From Candidatus Latescibacterota bacterium (GTDB taxonomy: Bacteria; Latescibacterota; UBA2968; UBA8231): a stretch of DNA of 64,000 bases. The stretch spans positions 1,152,001-1,216,000 of the forward strand of contig CBDETY010000003.1 of the NCBI GenBank assembly GCA_965243025.1, in the 5' to 3' direction. Positions within the stretch are counted from its first letter, which is position 1. Every line of letters begins with the position of its first letter. The position numbers and the translations under genes are program-made. Under the pieces are notes generated by a model that worked only from the letters and a program-made list of their open reading frames with translations, made no database searches and was not told the origin of the DNA. This document shows positions 36,686 to 46,069 of the stretch, piece by piece.

Positions 36686-38419
36686 TCAGCCGCCGCCTTC
36701 GACGACGACGATGGTGCGGTTGGCTTCCACGCCGGTCACCCTGTCCTCGAGACCGCTCGGCCAGACGACCACGACTTCGTCCACCGCTGTCCTTCCGCCC
36801 AGTCCGAAGCTGACGCGCAGGTCGCTGTGAGCGAGGTAGCTGTAGCTGCCCCGGACCTCGCGCACCAGGCGGAGATCTCCGGCGGCGATGCGGACGCGGG
36901 CGCCGATGCCGTCGCGGTTGCTGCGGCGGCCGGCCGCCTTGACCTTGAGCCAGTTGTTGCCGCCGCCGCGGTCGTTGCGCAGCAGGTTGGGCCGCTGCCC
37001 GACGTTGCCGACGAGCAGGTCGATATCCCCGTCCTCGTCGAAATCCCCGAAGGCGGTGCCGCGGCTGACCATCGGCGCGGTCACTGCTTCCCCTGCCGCC
37101 GCCGAGACATCCTCGAAACGGACCACACCCGCCGGGTCCGGCCCCAGGTTGCGCAGCAGCTGGTTCGCCTGCCCGTAGGTTCGCGAGCGGTCGAAGCGGG
37201 TGATGTTGTCGAGGACGTGGCCGTTGGCGATGAACAGGTCGAGGAAGCCGTCGTTGTCGTAGTCGAGAAAGCCCAATCCGAACGACAGCGGCCGCAGGGT
37301 CGGCAGCCCGATCCCGGCCGGGTAGGAGAAATGCAGGAAGGTGCCGCTTCCGAGGTTGCGGTACAGGCTGACCGGCTCCTGCTCGAAGTTGGTGACCACG
37401 AGGTCGACGGAGCCGTCGCCGTCGAAATCGCCGGCATCGACCCCCATCCCCGCCTCGCGCTGTCCGTCGAGGCCGTACGCCACCCCGGCGAGGCCGGCGA
37501 CGTCCTCGAAGGAGCCGACGCCGAGGTTGCGGTACAGGAAGTTGCGCGAACCGTCGTTGGCGACGTAGAGGTCGGGCCAGCCGTCGCGGTCGTAGTCGAC
37601 GGCGACGACGCCGAGCCCGCGCCCCTCGATGGAGACGGTGTCGACCATGCCCGAACGGCCGGTGACGTCGGCGAACGCGCCCCCCGCGTCGTTGCGCAGC
37701 AGGCGGTCCTCGGCGCCGGGAAACTGCCCGGGGTCGGGGTAGGCGCTGATTTTTTCCCCTGTTTTCCGGGGCCGTTTTTCCGTCGACTTCAGGTACGGGT
37801 CGAGATCCTCGTCGACCGAAGCGAAATCGAAGTGCACGTAATTGGTGATGTAGAGGTCGAGGTCCCCGTCGTTGTCGTAGTCGAAGAAGGCGCAGCCGGC
37901 GCCCCAGGCGGTGTCCCCCAGGGCGGACTCGGCGGTGACGTCGGCGAATCCGGGACCTTGGTTCCGGAACATTGCGTTGGCCCCGAAGTTCGTCACGTAG
38001 AGGTCGAGGCGGCCGTCGTTGTCGTAGTCGGCAGCGGCGCAGCCCATGCCGTAGCCCCCCGGATCTCCAGCCCCGGCCGCGGCCTCCACCTCGGTGAAGC
38101 GGCCCCCGTCGTTGCCGTAAAGGGCGTTGGCCGGCTCGGAGGCCTGGCTGTATCCGGGCAGCGGGGCGCCGTTGGGGAAGTAGAGGTCGAGGTCGCCGTC
38201 GCCGTCGTAATCGAGGAAGGCGACCCCGCCCCCCATGGTTTCGGGAAAGTACCGGCGCCCGCTCGCACCGGTCTGGTGCACGAACCCGATGCCGGCCCTG
38301 GCGGTTACGTCGACGAAGACAGGAGCCCCCGACCGGTCTGGGGCGGGTTCCCGGTCCCCGCCGGCCGGTGTCTGCAGCAAGACGACCGCGAGGAGCAGGT
38401 GGAAAGCGGGAGACTTCAA
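36686..38419 (-). CDS. CRTAC1-family FG-GAP repeat protein with ASPIC/UnbV domain
   Basis: Repeated DYDNDGDLDLY; F.DVT..AG; C-terminal NRDGIGARV...SYLAHSD...FGLG...V.WPSG. Confidence 0.92.
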   Translation of the reverse strand: MKSPAFHLLLAVVLLQTPAGGDREPAPDRSGAPVFVDVTARAGIGFVHQTGASGRRYFPETMGGGVAFLDYDGDGDLDLYFPNGAPLPGYSQASEPANALYGNDGGRFTEVEAAAGAGDPGGYGMGCAAADYDNDGRLDLYVTNFGANAMFRNQGPGFADVTAESALGDTAWGAGCAFFDYDNDGDLDLYITNYVHFDFASVDEDLDPYLKSTEKRPRKTGEKISAYPDPGQFPGAEDRLLRNDAGGAFADVTGRSGMVDTVSIEGRGLGVVAVDYDRDGWPDLYVANDGSRNFLYRNLGVGSFEDVAGLAGVAYGLDGQREAGMGVDAGDFDGDGSVDLVVTNFEQEPVSLYRNLGSGTFLHFSYPAGIGLPTLRPLSFGLGFLDYDNDGFLDLFIANGHVLDNITRFDRSRTYGQANQLLRNLGPDPAGVVRFEDVSAAAGEAVTAPMVSRGTAFGDFDEDGDIDLLVGNVGQRPNLLRNDRGGGNNWLKVKAAGRRSNRDGIGARVRIAAGDLRLVREVRGSYSYLAHSDLRVSFGLGGRTAVDEVVVVWPSGLEDRVTGVEANRTIVVVEGGG

Positions 38420-38457
38420 CGCCGTGGCCGGGGCGAGAAGGGGAGGGGAAGGAAGAC

Positions 38458-40155
38458 TCAGGCGGCCCTGCTCGCAGCCAGTTTCCCGACGTTGTCGTCG
38501 TACACCCGGACCTTGTCCTCGTTCTCGTAGCGAAGCTCGAGCAGGAACTCGTAGAATACCCGGTTGGCCTTGTCCCGCCTGACCAGGGCGCGCGCTCTCC
38601 GTTCGACCTTGGCGAAGGGCTCGGGATCGGCGCCGATGGTCGAGTCGAGGAGCTCGAAGATCGAATAATGCGGCCCGGCTGCCGACGCCGGCTCCGGTTC
38701 GAGAAGCTCGGAATCCGGGACGGTCAGCTCTACCGGACCGAGCAGATCCCCGGTTTCGGCGCCCCTGGCCGCCACCAGCGCCGGTCCGTACCGGCCTGTC
38801 TCGAAGGGGTGGATGTGGAACTCCCCCTTGCTGATCCGGCCCTGCCGGCGCAGGGTGTGCCGCGCCGCGAGCTCTCCCATGTCGGCGCCCCGCCGGATCT
38901 GGTCGAGGAGAGCCTCGGCCTCGGCTTCGCTCGCCACCAGGATCTCGCGAATGGTTACCGACTCAAGGGGAGTGAACTTTATCGGATTCTCCTCGTAGAA
39001 GCGCCGCGCCTCGGACTCGTCGACGAGCACGTTGGCCGTCGCTTCCCGCCTCACCGCCTGCAGCAGCAGCGACTGTTCGCGGTTCCGGTACCAGGAGACC
39101 ATCTCCTCCTCCCGGTCGATCCCGGCGACCCGCGCCGCCTCGAGAATCAGCAGGCGGGGCTCGACCACCTCCCTGGCGAACCAGTCGAGGATCCGGCGCG
39201 AATCGCCGTACCCCATCTTGATGTATTCGGAGAAGACGAGGAAATCCCCGACCGTGTAGGCCCCTCCGGTGTTTTCGAAGAGCACGGTCTGCCGCTCCTC
39301 GTCGGTGAACGGCTGCCCGGCTACCAGCCGTTCGGCGAGGAGATCGAGAGCGGCCTCGTTGGTCCTCGCCTCCAGTTTCTGTTTCAGCTCGGCGGCCAGC
39401 TCGTTCATGCGAACCGGGATCTTCAGGCCGAACAGCTCCGGTTCGATCAGCGGGCGCACGAGCTCGAACTCGATGTCGCGCTCCTCCGTTACCTGGTAGA
39501 CCCCGTACTGATCGCCGTAGAACACCGGGTCGGAGATCTCACCGGCTTTCAGGGGCCAGACCGCCTCCTGCAGGATTTCCGGCTTGAGCTCGTCCTTGAG
39601 AAGCATTCTGCCGCCCGAAAGGCCGGTCTCTTCGAGGATGGTGCGGGCCGCCAGCTCGTCGAAATCCGCGCCCTGGCGCCAGGCAGCGGCGACGTCCCCG
39701 GCTTCTGCTTCGCTGCGCAGGACGATGCGCCGCACCCGGACTGCGCGGTCCCGCCCGGTCTCCTTCTGCAGCTCCCGGAGCTCATCCTCGGTGTACTCGA
39801 TCCTGTCGTACACCTCGACCTTCAGGAACCGTTTTATGATGCGGTCCGCCCTTTCCTTGGACAGCTTGCCGCGCAGCTGCGGATCCTGGTCGAGGCCGCG
39901 ACGGCGCGCCTCCTGCAGCATCAGCTCCTTGTCGATCAGGGTCTGCAGGTAGTCGAGATACCCGGCGGCCCCCGGCTTTTCGCTCAGGCGGTCTCCGCTC
40001 AGGCGGCTTTCGAAATCCAGCAGGTCGGCGGCGGAAATCTCCACCTCGCCGACGGTGGCGAGCACCGTCTGTTCGTCGATGCCGCCGCAGGCGGCAAGCG
40101 AGGCGCACAGCAGTCCTCCGAGGAGCCCCTGGCGCCTGGGGGTCTTTCGTTCCAC
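38458..40155 (-). CDS. SurA/PrsA-like parvulin-domain chaperone lipoprotein
   Basis: SLAAC lipobox; LATVGEVEI, L..LID..L..QEA...GLD; two GADF/M.ELA rotamase-like domains. Confidence 0.8.
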   Translation of the reverse strand: MERKTPRRQGLLGGLLCASLAACGGIDEQTVLATVGEVEISAADLLDFESRLSGDRLSEKPGAAGYLDYLQTLIDKELMLQEARRRGLDQDPQLRGKLSKERADRIIKRFLKVEVYDRIEYTEDELRELQKETGRDRAVRVRRIVLRSEAEAGDVAAAWRQGADFDELAARTILEETGLSGGRMLLKDELKPEILQEAVWPLKAGEISDPVFYGDQYGVYQVTEERDIEFELVRPLIEPELFGLKIPVRMNELAAELKQKLEARTNEAALDLLAERLVAGQPFTDEERQTVLFENTGGAYTVGDFLVFSEYIKMGYGDSRRILDWFAREVVEPRLLILEAARVAGIDREEEMVSWYRNREQSLLLQAVRREATANVLVDESEARRFYEENPIKFTPLESVTIREILVASEAEAEALLDQIRRGADMGELAARHTLRRQGRISKGEFHIHPFETGRYGPALVAARGAETGDLLGPVELTVPDSELLEPEPASAAGPHYSIFELLDSTIGADPEPFAKVERRARALVRRDKANRVFYEFLLELRYENEDKVRVYDDNVGKLAASRAA

Positions 40156-40294
40156 GGGTATTCTCACCGTTGTCGAGTGTCCTGTCTTCAGAATCAGATT
40201 GACGAAAATCCCGCCGACGCCAGCGAATGGATCGGCGCGCAAAAAGCGGCGTCCGGGGCCGCAAGGTCCGAGAGATCACCCCGAAACCCCAGGA

Positions 40295-43189
40295 TCAGTA
40301 GCGCGATCCGAGGCCGGCCTGGATGCTGATGAAGGTCAGGGCGTTGGTGTCGGTTCCGCTGCCGCCCCCGAACTGCTCGATCTTCCTCCGGTCGACGCGG
40401 AGGCCCAGCTGCAGCATCAGGCCATAACCGGCATAGGGAGAAACGTTCGACAGCTGCAGCCCGAAGGAGGTCTCGTCGAAATCCCCGGTGGGATCCCCGT
40501 CCGCCGGACCGGAGGCCGGATCCGCGACAGGGTCCTCGTCGGCGACGAAGTCGCGGAAGATGAAGCGCTCGAAGCCGATCTCGATCCGCGACCGCTTCAT
40601 GAAGGGGATCCTCGCCATCAGCGAAACCAGTCCGCTCCAGTCGTGGCGCTCGGCCCGGGGGGAGCCGAGGAAGCGCTCGATGAGATAGGGGGTGTCGTCC
40701 ATGTAGAGCTCCTGCTTCAGGCGTGGACGCAGGTCGACCCGCCCTATCTCGACGGGGCGCTCGACCTTGGCGACCAGGCCGAAGCGCCGCGTCGTTCGCC
40801 CGAGGGGGCCGCCGCTGCGATCGAGAGCGTCCTTTTGCCGCTGCCGCAGCAACTGCCAGGTCATCTTGGTCTCGGCGTTCCAGCCGGTGTTCCGCAGCCG
40901 TTCGAACCCCAGCCAGAGACGGTTGACGATCGCGTTCCTCATGCCGAGGGGATCGGCGATCTCCTGCATCAATCCCGGGGACGTCGACATGGTTCCCAGG
41001 ACCGGCGGCCGCTGCACCCACTGCACCAGGTCGTCGGGGATGTCGTCCCTGGCCACCTTGAACAGGTCGTAGAGAGTGAGGGTGCCGAGCAGGGGAAAGT
41101 TCTGTTCGTATGCCAGCAGTCCGTAGGCGGTGCGGTTGCGCTCACCGGTAGACAGCCGGCGCACCCGCTCGATGCCGGCGGTGAATCTCGCCTCGGGGGT
41201 GATCTCCGTCCCGAGGTAGGTGTTGAACCCCCGCCGCCCGCGCTTGTAGGGATAGTCCGGTTCGTTGTCGTTCTCGAAGCGGTCGCCCCAGCCGTTGTTG
41301 TTGAGGTCGAGGGCGAACAGGTACTCGGGACGGTCGACGCTGTAGCGCAGGAACGGCTCCTCGTAGTCGGGGATGTAGTTCGGCCGCACCGGAAGGTGGT
41401 TCTGGTTGAAGTCGGGGATGAAGTCGTTGTTCTCGTCGAGTCCCGGGAACACCGCATCGTCGATGGCGCCGAGAATGGGCTGCGCCCCCGGGGGGCGCTC
41501 CTCGCCGACGCGGCCGTCGTCGAAACGGCGCTGCAGGTCGTTCTTGCGGTCGTTGTCGTCGTTGTCGTCGACGAAGTCGTAGATATGGCGCACCCGCGCT
41601 TCGTCGGTATCGGCGTAGTTGACCTTTCCGAAGGTGTCGACGAAGCGGGGGCTCGTGTTGTACTCGGAATCCATCCCGAACGCCTCGGCGAAGAAATCGA
41701 ACGGGTGGAAGGACCTGCTGAGGTGGGCCATCCAGCCGACCGCTGCGCGCTTGCCCCTGATCCCCGAGGTGGTGGAGTGCTTCTCCCGCTGGCGGTTGGG
41801 GTACTGGATGAACCGGTGGTTGACGTTGGCTTCCGCGTAGGCCCGGAAACCGGCGATGTCGTCGGCCTGCAGGGTAGCTCCGAATACCTGGGTCGCCGTA
41901 GGCAACCCGTAGTCGAACACGACGGTGCGGCGGTTGGAGTTGTCCTTGACGTTGCCCGGGGCCCGGGCAACGGTGCGGAACTGCGGGGTGGCCCCGCGCG
42001 GATCGTTGTCGGTCTGGATGTCCGAGGTCATCTCGACCTTGTAGTCGTTGCTCAGGATCATGCGCAGGCGCACGGCGTGGATGCTCTCCACCAGCCCGGC
42101 GTCGGGAATAAGCTCCTCGAGATCGGGAACGTCGGGGTTCTCGTCGGAGAAGACGTACTCGATCAGGATGCGGCCGTCCTCGCCGCGCCCCTCAGCAACC
42201 CGGAAGCCGTCCCGAAGGACGCCTCCCTCGACGGTCGGAAGGAAGCCGATCTCGCTGCCGACCAGAACGGTGTCGATGTCTCCCGTTTTCGCCGCGATCT
42301 CGATGTCGGTTGAAAAGAGGATGGGGCCTCCTTCGAAATCTTCCGGGGAGTCGTCGGAGACGCGCACGATGATGCGGTTTATGCGGCTCTCGAGCTGTCC
42401 GGTGGTCAGGGTGCCGGCGAACGGGTTCTGCTGGAAGCGCTCGGAGGTGATGCGGCCGTTGTGGGCGTTGACGAAGGTGCCGCCGATGCGCACTCCGTCG
42501 CTGACGGTCAGCTCGGTCCGCCCGCCTATCAGGTTGGTGAAGTTGTTGACGAAAGAGGGGGTGGCGGCCTGCCCTGCCCCGATCACGGGGGTGTTGATTC
42601 TCGACATGAGAACCGTGGCGGAGACCCGGTCCGAGGCGTAATCGGCCATGATCCCGTTGAAGCGGGTCTTGCGGAAGGTCATCGGGGTCAGGGTCGCCCG
42701 CAGTTCGTCTCCGATCGCTATGGAGATGTGGTGCTGCCCCTTGGCGTCGTGGCTGAGCACGAGGTTGCCGAACAGGCCGCCGAACTGGCCGGTCTTGAAA
42801 ATCCCCGAGCCGTTGGAGACCGCCGGCTGTACCTGCCGCCAGTCGTAGACCAGCCAGCCCCGGGTCAGGAAGCGGCCGTACAGGTCGTAGAAGTAGCTCC
42901 CCTCGAGCTGGGAGCTGAGGTAACGGAGGTAGCGTTCGCTGGCGTAGTTGGTGTACTCCCACTGGCGGTAGTACTGGCTCGACAGCTCCTGCGGCAGGTA
43001 CCACTTCCTCAGCGAGGGAGAGACCGCCTCCATGCGCAGCGGGGTTCCGCTGCTGTAGTAGACGGTGCGCCCCTCTTCGCGGCGCCCGAGGAGGCTGCCG
43101 TAATCCTCCTGGGCAGCCACCCCGGCGGCCGCCAGGACAGCGCCGGCGAGGACCGCCCGCATCATCGCCGCTTTCATCGCCGGCGCCAT
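40295..43189 (-). CDS. Large secreted or outer-membrane hypothetical protein with Asp/Asn-rich Ca-binding-like motifs (paralog A)
   Basis: Signal peptide; FVDDNDDNDR, PGLDENNDF.PDFNQN, DLNNNGW.DRFEND; amphipathic beta-strand C-terminal third. Confidence 0.75.
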   Translation of the reverse strand: MAPAMKAAMMRAVLAGAVLAAAGVAAQEDYGSLLGRREEGRTVYYSSGTPLRMEAVSPSLRKWYLPQELSSQYYRQWEYTNYASERYLRYLSSQLEGSYFYDLYGRFLTRGWLVYDWRQVQPAVSNGSGIFKTGQFGGLFGNLVLSHDAKGQHHISIAIGDELRATLTPMTFRKTRFNGIMADYASDRVSATVLMSRINTPVIGAGQAATPSFVNNFTNLIGGRTELTVSDGVRIGGTFVNAHNGRITSERFQQNPFAGTLTTGQLESRINRIIVRVSDDSPEDFEGGPILFSTDIEIAAKTGDIDTVLVGSEIGFLPTVEGGVLRDGFRVAEGRGEDGRILIEYVFSDENPDVPDLEELIPDAGLVESIHAVRLRMILSNDYKVEMTSDIQTDNDPRGATPQFRTVARAPGNVKDNSNRRTVVFDYGLPTATQVFGATLQADDIAGFRAYAEANVNHRFIQYPNRQREKHSTTSGIRGKRAAVGWMAHLSRSFHPFDFFAEAFGMDSEYNTSPRFVDTFGKVNYADTDEARVRHIYDFVDDNDDNDRKNDLQRRFDDGRVGEERPPGAQPILGAIDDAVFPGLDENNDFIPDFNQNHLPVRPNYIPDYEEPFLRYSVDRPEYLFALDLNNNGWGDRFENDNEPDYPYKRGRRGFNTYLGTEITPEARFTAGIERVRRLSTGERNRTAYGLLAYEQNFPLLGTLTLYDLFKVARDDIPDDLVQWVQRPPVLGTMSTSPGLMQEIADPLGMRNAIVNRLWLGFERLRNTGWNAETKMTWQLLRQRQKDALDRSGGPLGRTTRRFGLVAKVERPVEIGRVDLRPRLKQELYMDDTPYLIERFLGSPRAERHDWSGLVSLMARIPFMKRSRIEIGFERFIFRDFVADEDPVADPASGPADGDPTGDFDETSFGLQLSNVSPYAGYGLMLQLGLRVDRRKIEQFGGGSGTDTNALTFISIQAGLGSRY

Positions 43190-43205
43190 TGCCGTCCCGC
43201 CCCCG

Positions 43206-46007
43206 TCATTGCAGACCTGCGTACACCGTGATGAAGCTCGTCGTGAACGCCCTGACGTCGGTATCCCTCTCGAGTCCTTCGTCGCCGAGGACGATCTGCT
43301 CCTCCCAGGTGCGGATGTAGCTGAGCCCGAACTGGGTGGTCAGCCGGTATCCGAGGTAGGAACCGGTGGTCGACCACTGCAGGGCGAGCACGAGGTTCTG
43401 CTCGTCCTCCGTCGCCCCGGTGGGGCCGTCCTCGAGGAGCTCCCCCTCATCCCGCAGCAGTTCCCTGAACAGGACGAACTCCGCGCCTGTTTCGATCAGC
43501 GAGTTGCGCAGCATCGGTTGGCGCAGGAGGACGATACCCGTACCCGCCCACTCCTTGCGCCCCTCCTCGCGGATGGTGAATGCGGTCTGCTGCAGGAACT
43601 GGCTCTTGATCTTCGGATGGATGGTGAGGTCGCCGAGGCGCAGGGTGTAGTCCGCCTTGTTGATGATGCCGAAGAGGCGGGTGCTCTCCTCGAGGACGGG
43701 TCCCTGCTCGCGGATCCTGTAGGCGTCCCCCTGCTGCGAGTAGAGCTCGAACTTGAGTTTGTTGACGACGTTGAGCCTGTCGGAAGGCTGGTAGTCGAGC
43801 TGCAGGTAGGAGGAGGTGATCCAGGTGTCTCTCGCCGGCAGGATGTCCTGGACGATCGTCAGCGAGGTCGTCTCCAGGTGCGGGGTCATCTCGAAGCGGT
43901 CGTCGGGAATGCTGTCCTTGACCCGCTTCACCATCTCGAAGGCGCGCACCCGGGCGAAGGGATAGGTGCGGTCGAAGGTGAAAAGCCCGTAGGTGGCGCG
44001 GTTGCGGCGCTGGGAGGAGATGCTTTCCACCTGCAGGCGCCCCAGGGTCAGCTTGGCTTCCGGTCCGAGGAAGGAACCCCCGTAGAGGTTGAATCCGCGC
44101 TGGTCGGTGCGGTAGGGCAGGTCGGGGAGATCGTCGTTCTCGAAGCGGTCGATCCAGTTGTTGTTGTTGAGGTCGATCCCGAACAGGAACTCCGGCCGGT
44201 CGGCGTGATAGCGGAAGAACGGCTCGTCGTAGTCCGGGAGGCGGTTGTTCTTGTTGACGTTGTCGTTCTGGTTGAAATCCGAGACGAAATCGTTGTTCTC
44301 GTCCCAGCCGGGGAAGTTGAGGGGGTCCCCGGCCCCCTGGCTGAAGCGCGCCCAGTCGGGGTTGCGGTCGTAGTCGTCGTTGTCGTCGACGAACTCGTAG
44401 ATGTGGCTGCGCTGGTCGTCGTACTTGATCTCGCCGAGAGCGTCGACCAGGTAGGACTGGGTCGAGTAATCGGGGTCGAGATCGAAGGCCTCTCCGAAAA
44501 GGAAGTACGGGTAAGCCTGGCGGGAGAGGTTGATCATCCACGCCCGGGCGTCGCTGGCGTCGGTGGCGAACGAGCGGTCGGCGTCGGCGCGGGAGGGATT
44601 CGGGTACATCCGGTAGGCGCGGCTGAGATCGAGCTCGGCGTAGGCGTCGAACCCCCAGACGTCGGTGACCTCGACGTCGAAACCGTATACCATGCGCGCC
44701 GTCGGCAGGCCGTAGTCGAAGAGGATGCGCCGCTGGTTGGAGTTGTCCTTGACGTTGCCGTCGGCGACGGCGACGTCGAGCAGCGGCGGTTGCAGCAGGT
44801 CGACGTCCCGTCCCGTCATCGGCAGGGTGGGAGCCGTGGGGTTGCGGCCGGTCTGCTGGTCGGACCAGACCTGGATCCTGTAGTCGTTGGAGACCACGAG
44901 GTCGAAGCGGATGTCGACGATCTCCGTCGGCCTCGGGCCGGCGTAGGAGAGATCGTTGAAGTCGTAGTTGATGACGATCCTCTCGCCGCCGTCCGCCGCC
45001 AGGGCGCCCCCGCGCGGGGATCCGCCCGTTACCGCCGGCCACAGGGCCGGATCGGTGCTGACGTCGCGGGTCCTGTAGGTGGTCCGCTGCCTGGTGACCG
45101 CGTCCTCGGCGGTGATGACGATGTCGTGGGCGAACAGGGTGGCGCCGCCTTCGCCGTCCTCGGGGGAATCGTCGCCTAGGATCAGGGCGATTCCCGAAAC
45201 CGGCGCGCCGGTCTGGGCCGCCCCCAGGGTCCCGGCGAAGGGGCTGCGCTGGAAGGCCTCGGCGAAGGTGCGCGTGTTGTGGGCGTTGACCATGGTGGCG
45301 CCGACCTTGACGAAGTCGCCGATCTGCGCGACGCCGCGCCCCGCCATCAGGTTCGTGGCGTTGGAGGTTTCGCTCGGGTCGCGGTTGGGGGTGCTGCCAA
45401 TGGTCGGCAGGCTGACCCGCGAGAACAGCATCGTCGCCAGGTACTTGTCCGCGGCGAAATCCATCTGAACGCCGTTGAACCGGGGCTTGGAAAAGGTCAG
45501 CGGGGTCAGGGTGGTGCGGATGCGGTCCCCGACCGTGATCGAGTACGAATACTGGCCGTGCGAGTCGGAGTTGACGGTGATCGTGTTGAACCAGCTGTTG
45601 AAGCGCGGATCCTTGTAGATCGAGGATCCGAACTGGACGGGCTGGTTCTGGTTCCAGTCGTAGATCAGCCATCCCCGGGTCAGGTAGTTGCCGTAGAGGT
45701 CGTAGAAAGGCTCCCCTTCGATGAAGACGTTGACGTAGCGCTGGTAGGGATCGCGGGCGTAGTTGGTGTATTCCCACTGGCGGTAGCGGTAGTCGACGAA
45801 CAGCTCCTGGGGGATGAACCATTTCTTCACTGTCGGGTCGAGGGCGTCGAAGAGCACCCCCGACCCGCGCGGTTCGTAGGTGATCTCTCCTCCCCAGTTG
45901 CGCCCCAGGCGCCGGTCCCGGGTCTGGGCCTCGAGAATCTGGGCCGACAGTACGGCGAACAGGAGAACGGCGCCCAGACATCTCCAGCCCGGTAACGATG
46001 TTGGCAT
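43206..46007 (-). CDS. Large secreted or outer-membrane hypothetical protein (paralog B)
   Basis: Shares KW.PQEL...YRQWEYTNYA, FYDLYG..LTRGWL.YDW, TLTP.TF.K.RFNG, NVKDNSN...FDYGLPTA, FVDDNDD, DENNDF, DLNNN with the neighbour; ends TSFITVYAGLQ. Confidence 0.75.
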   Translation of the reverse strand: MPTSLPGWRCLGAVLLFAVLSAQILEAQTRDRRLGRNWGGEITYEPRGSGVLFDALDPTVKKWFIPQELFVDYRYRQWEYTNYARDPYQRYVNVFIEGEPFYDLYGNYLTRGWLIYDWNQNQPVQFGSSIYKDPRFNSWFNTITVNSDSHGQYSYSITVGDRIRTTLTPLTFSKPRFNGVQMDFAADKYLATMLFSRVSLPTIGSTPNRDPSETSNATNLMAGRGVAQIGDFVKVGATMVNAHNTRTFAEAFQRSPFAGTLGAAQTGAPVSGIALILGDDSPEDGEGGATLFAHDIVITAEDAVTRQRTTYRTRDVSTDPALWPAVTGGSPRGGALAADGGERIVINYDFNDLSYAGPRPTEIVDIRFDLVVSNDYRIQVWSDQQTGRNPTAPTLPMTGRDVDLLQPPLLDVAVADGNVKDNSNQRRILFDYGLPTARMVYGFDVEVTDVWGFDAYAELDLSRAYRMYPNPSRADADRSFATDASDARAWMINLSRQAYPYFLFGEAFDLDPDYSTQSYLVDALGEIKYDDQRSHIYEFVDDNDDYDRNPDWARFSQGAGDPLNFPGWDENNDFVSDFNQNDNVNKNNRLPDYDEPFFRYHADRPEFLFGIDLNNNNWIDRFENDDLPDLPYRTDQRGFNLYGGSFLGPEAKLTLGRLQVESISSQRRNRATYGLFTFDRTYPFARVRAFEMVKRVKDSIPDDRFEMTPHLETTSLTIVQDILPARDTWITSSYLQLDYQPSDRLNVVNKLKFELYSQQGDAYRIREQGPVLEESTRLFGIINKADYTLRLGDLTIHPKIKSQFLQQTAFTIREEGRKEWAGTGIVLLRQPMLRNSLIETGAEFVLFRELLRDEGELLEDGPTGATEDEQNLVLALQWSTTGSYLGYRLTTQFGLSYIRTWEEQIVLGDEGLERDTDVRAFTTSFITVYAGLQ

Positions 46008-46069
46008 TTATTCCCTCCCAGGTCCCCGCGATGCACGCGGGTTCAGGCGGTCCTGACCATCCATTGCGT

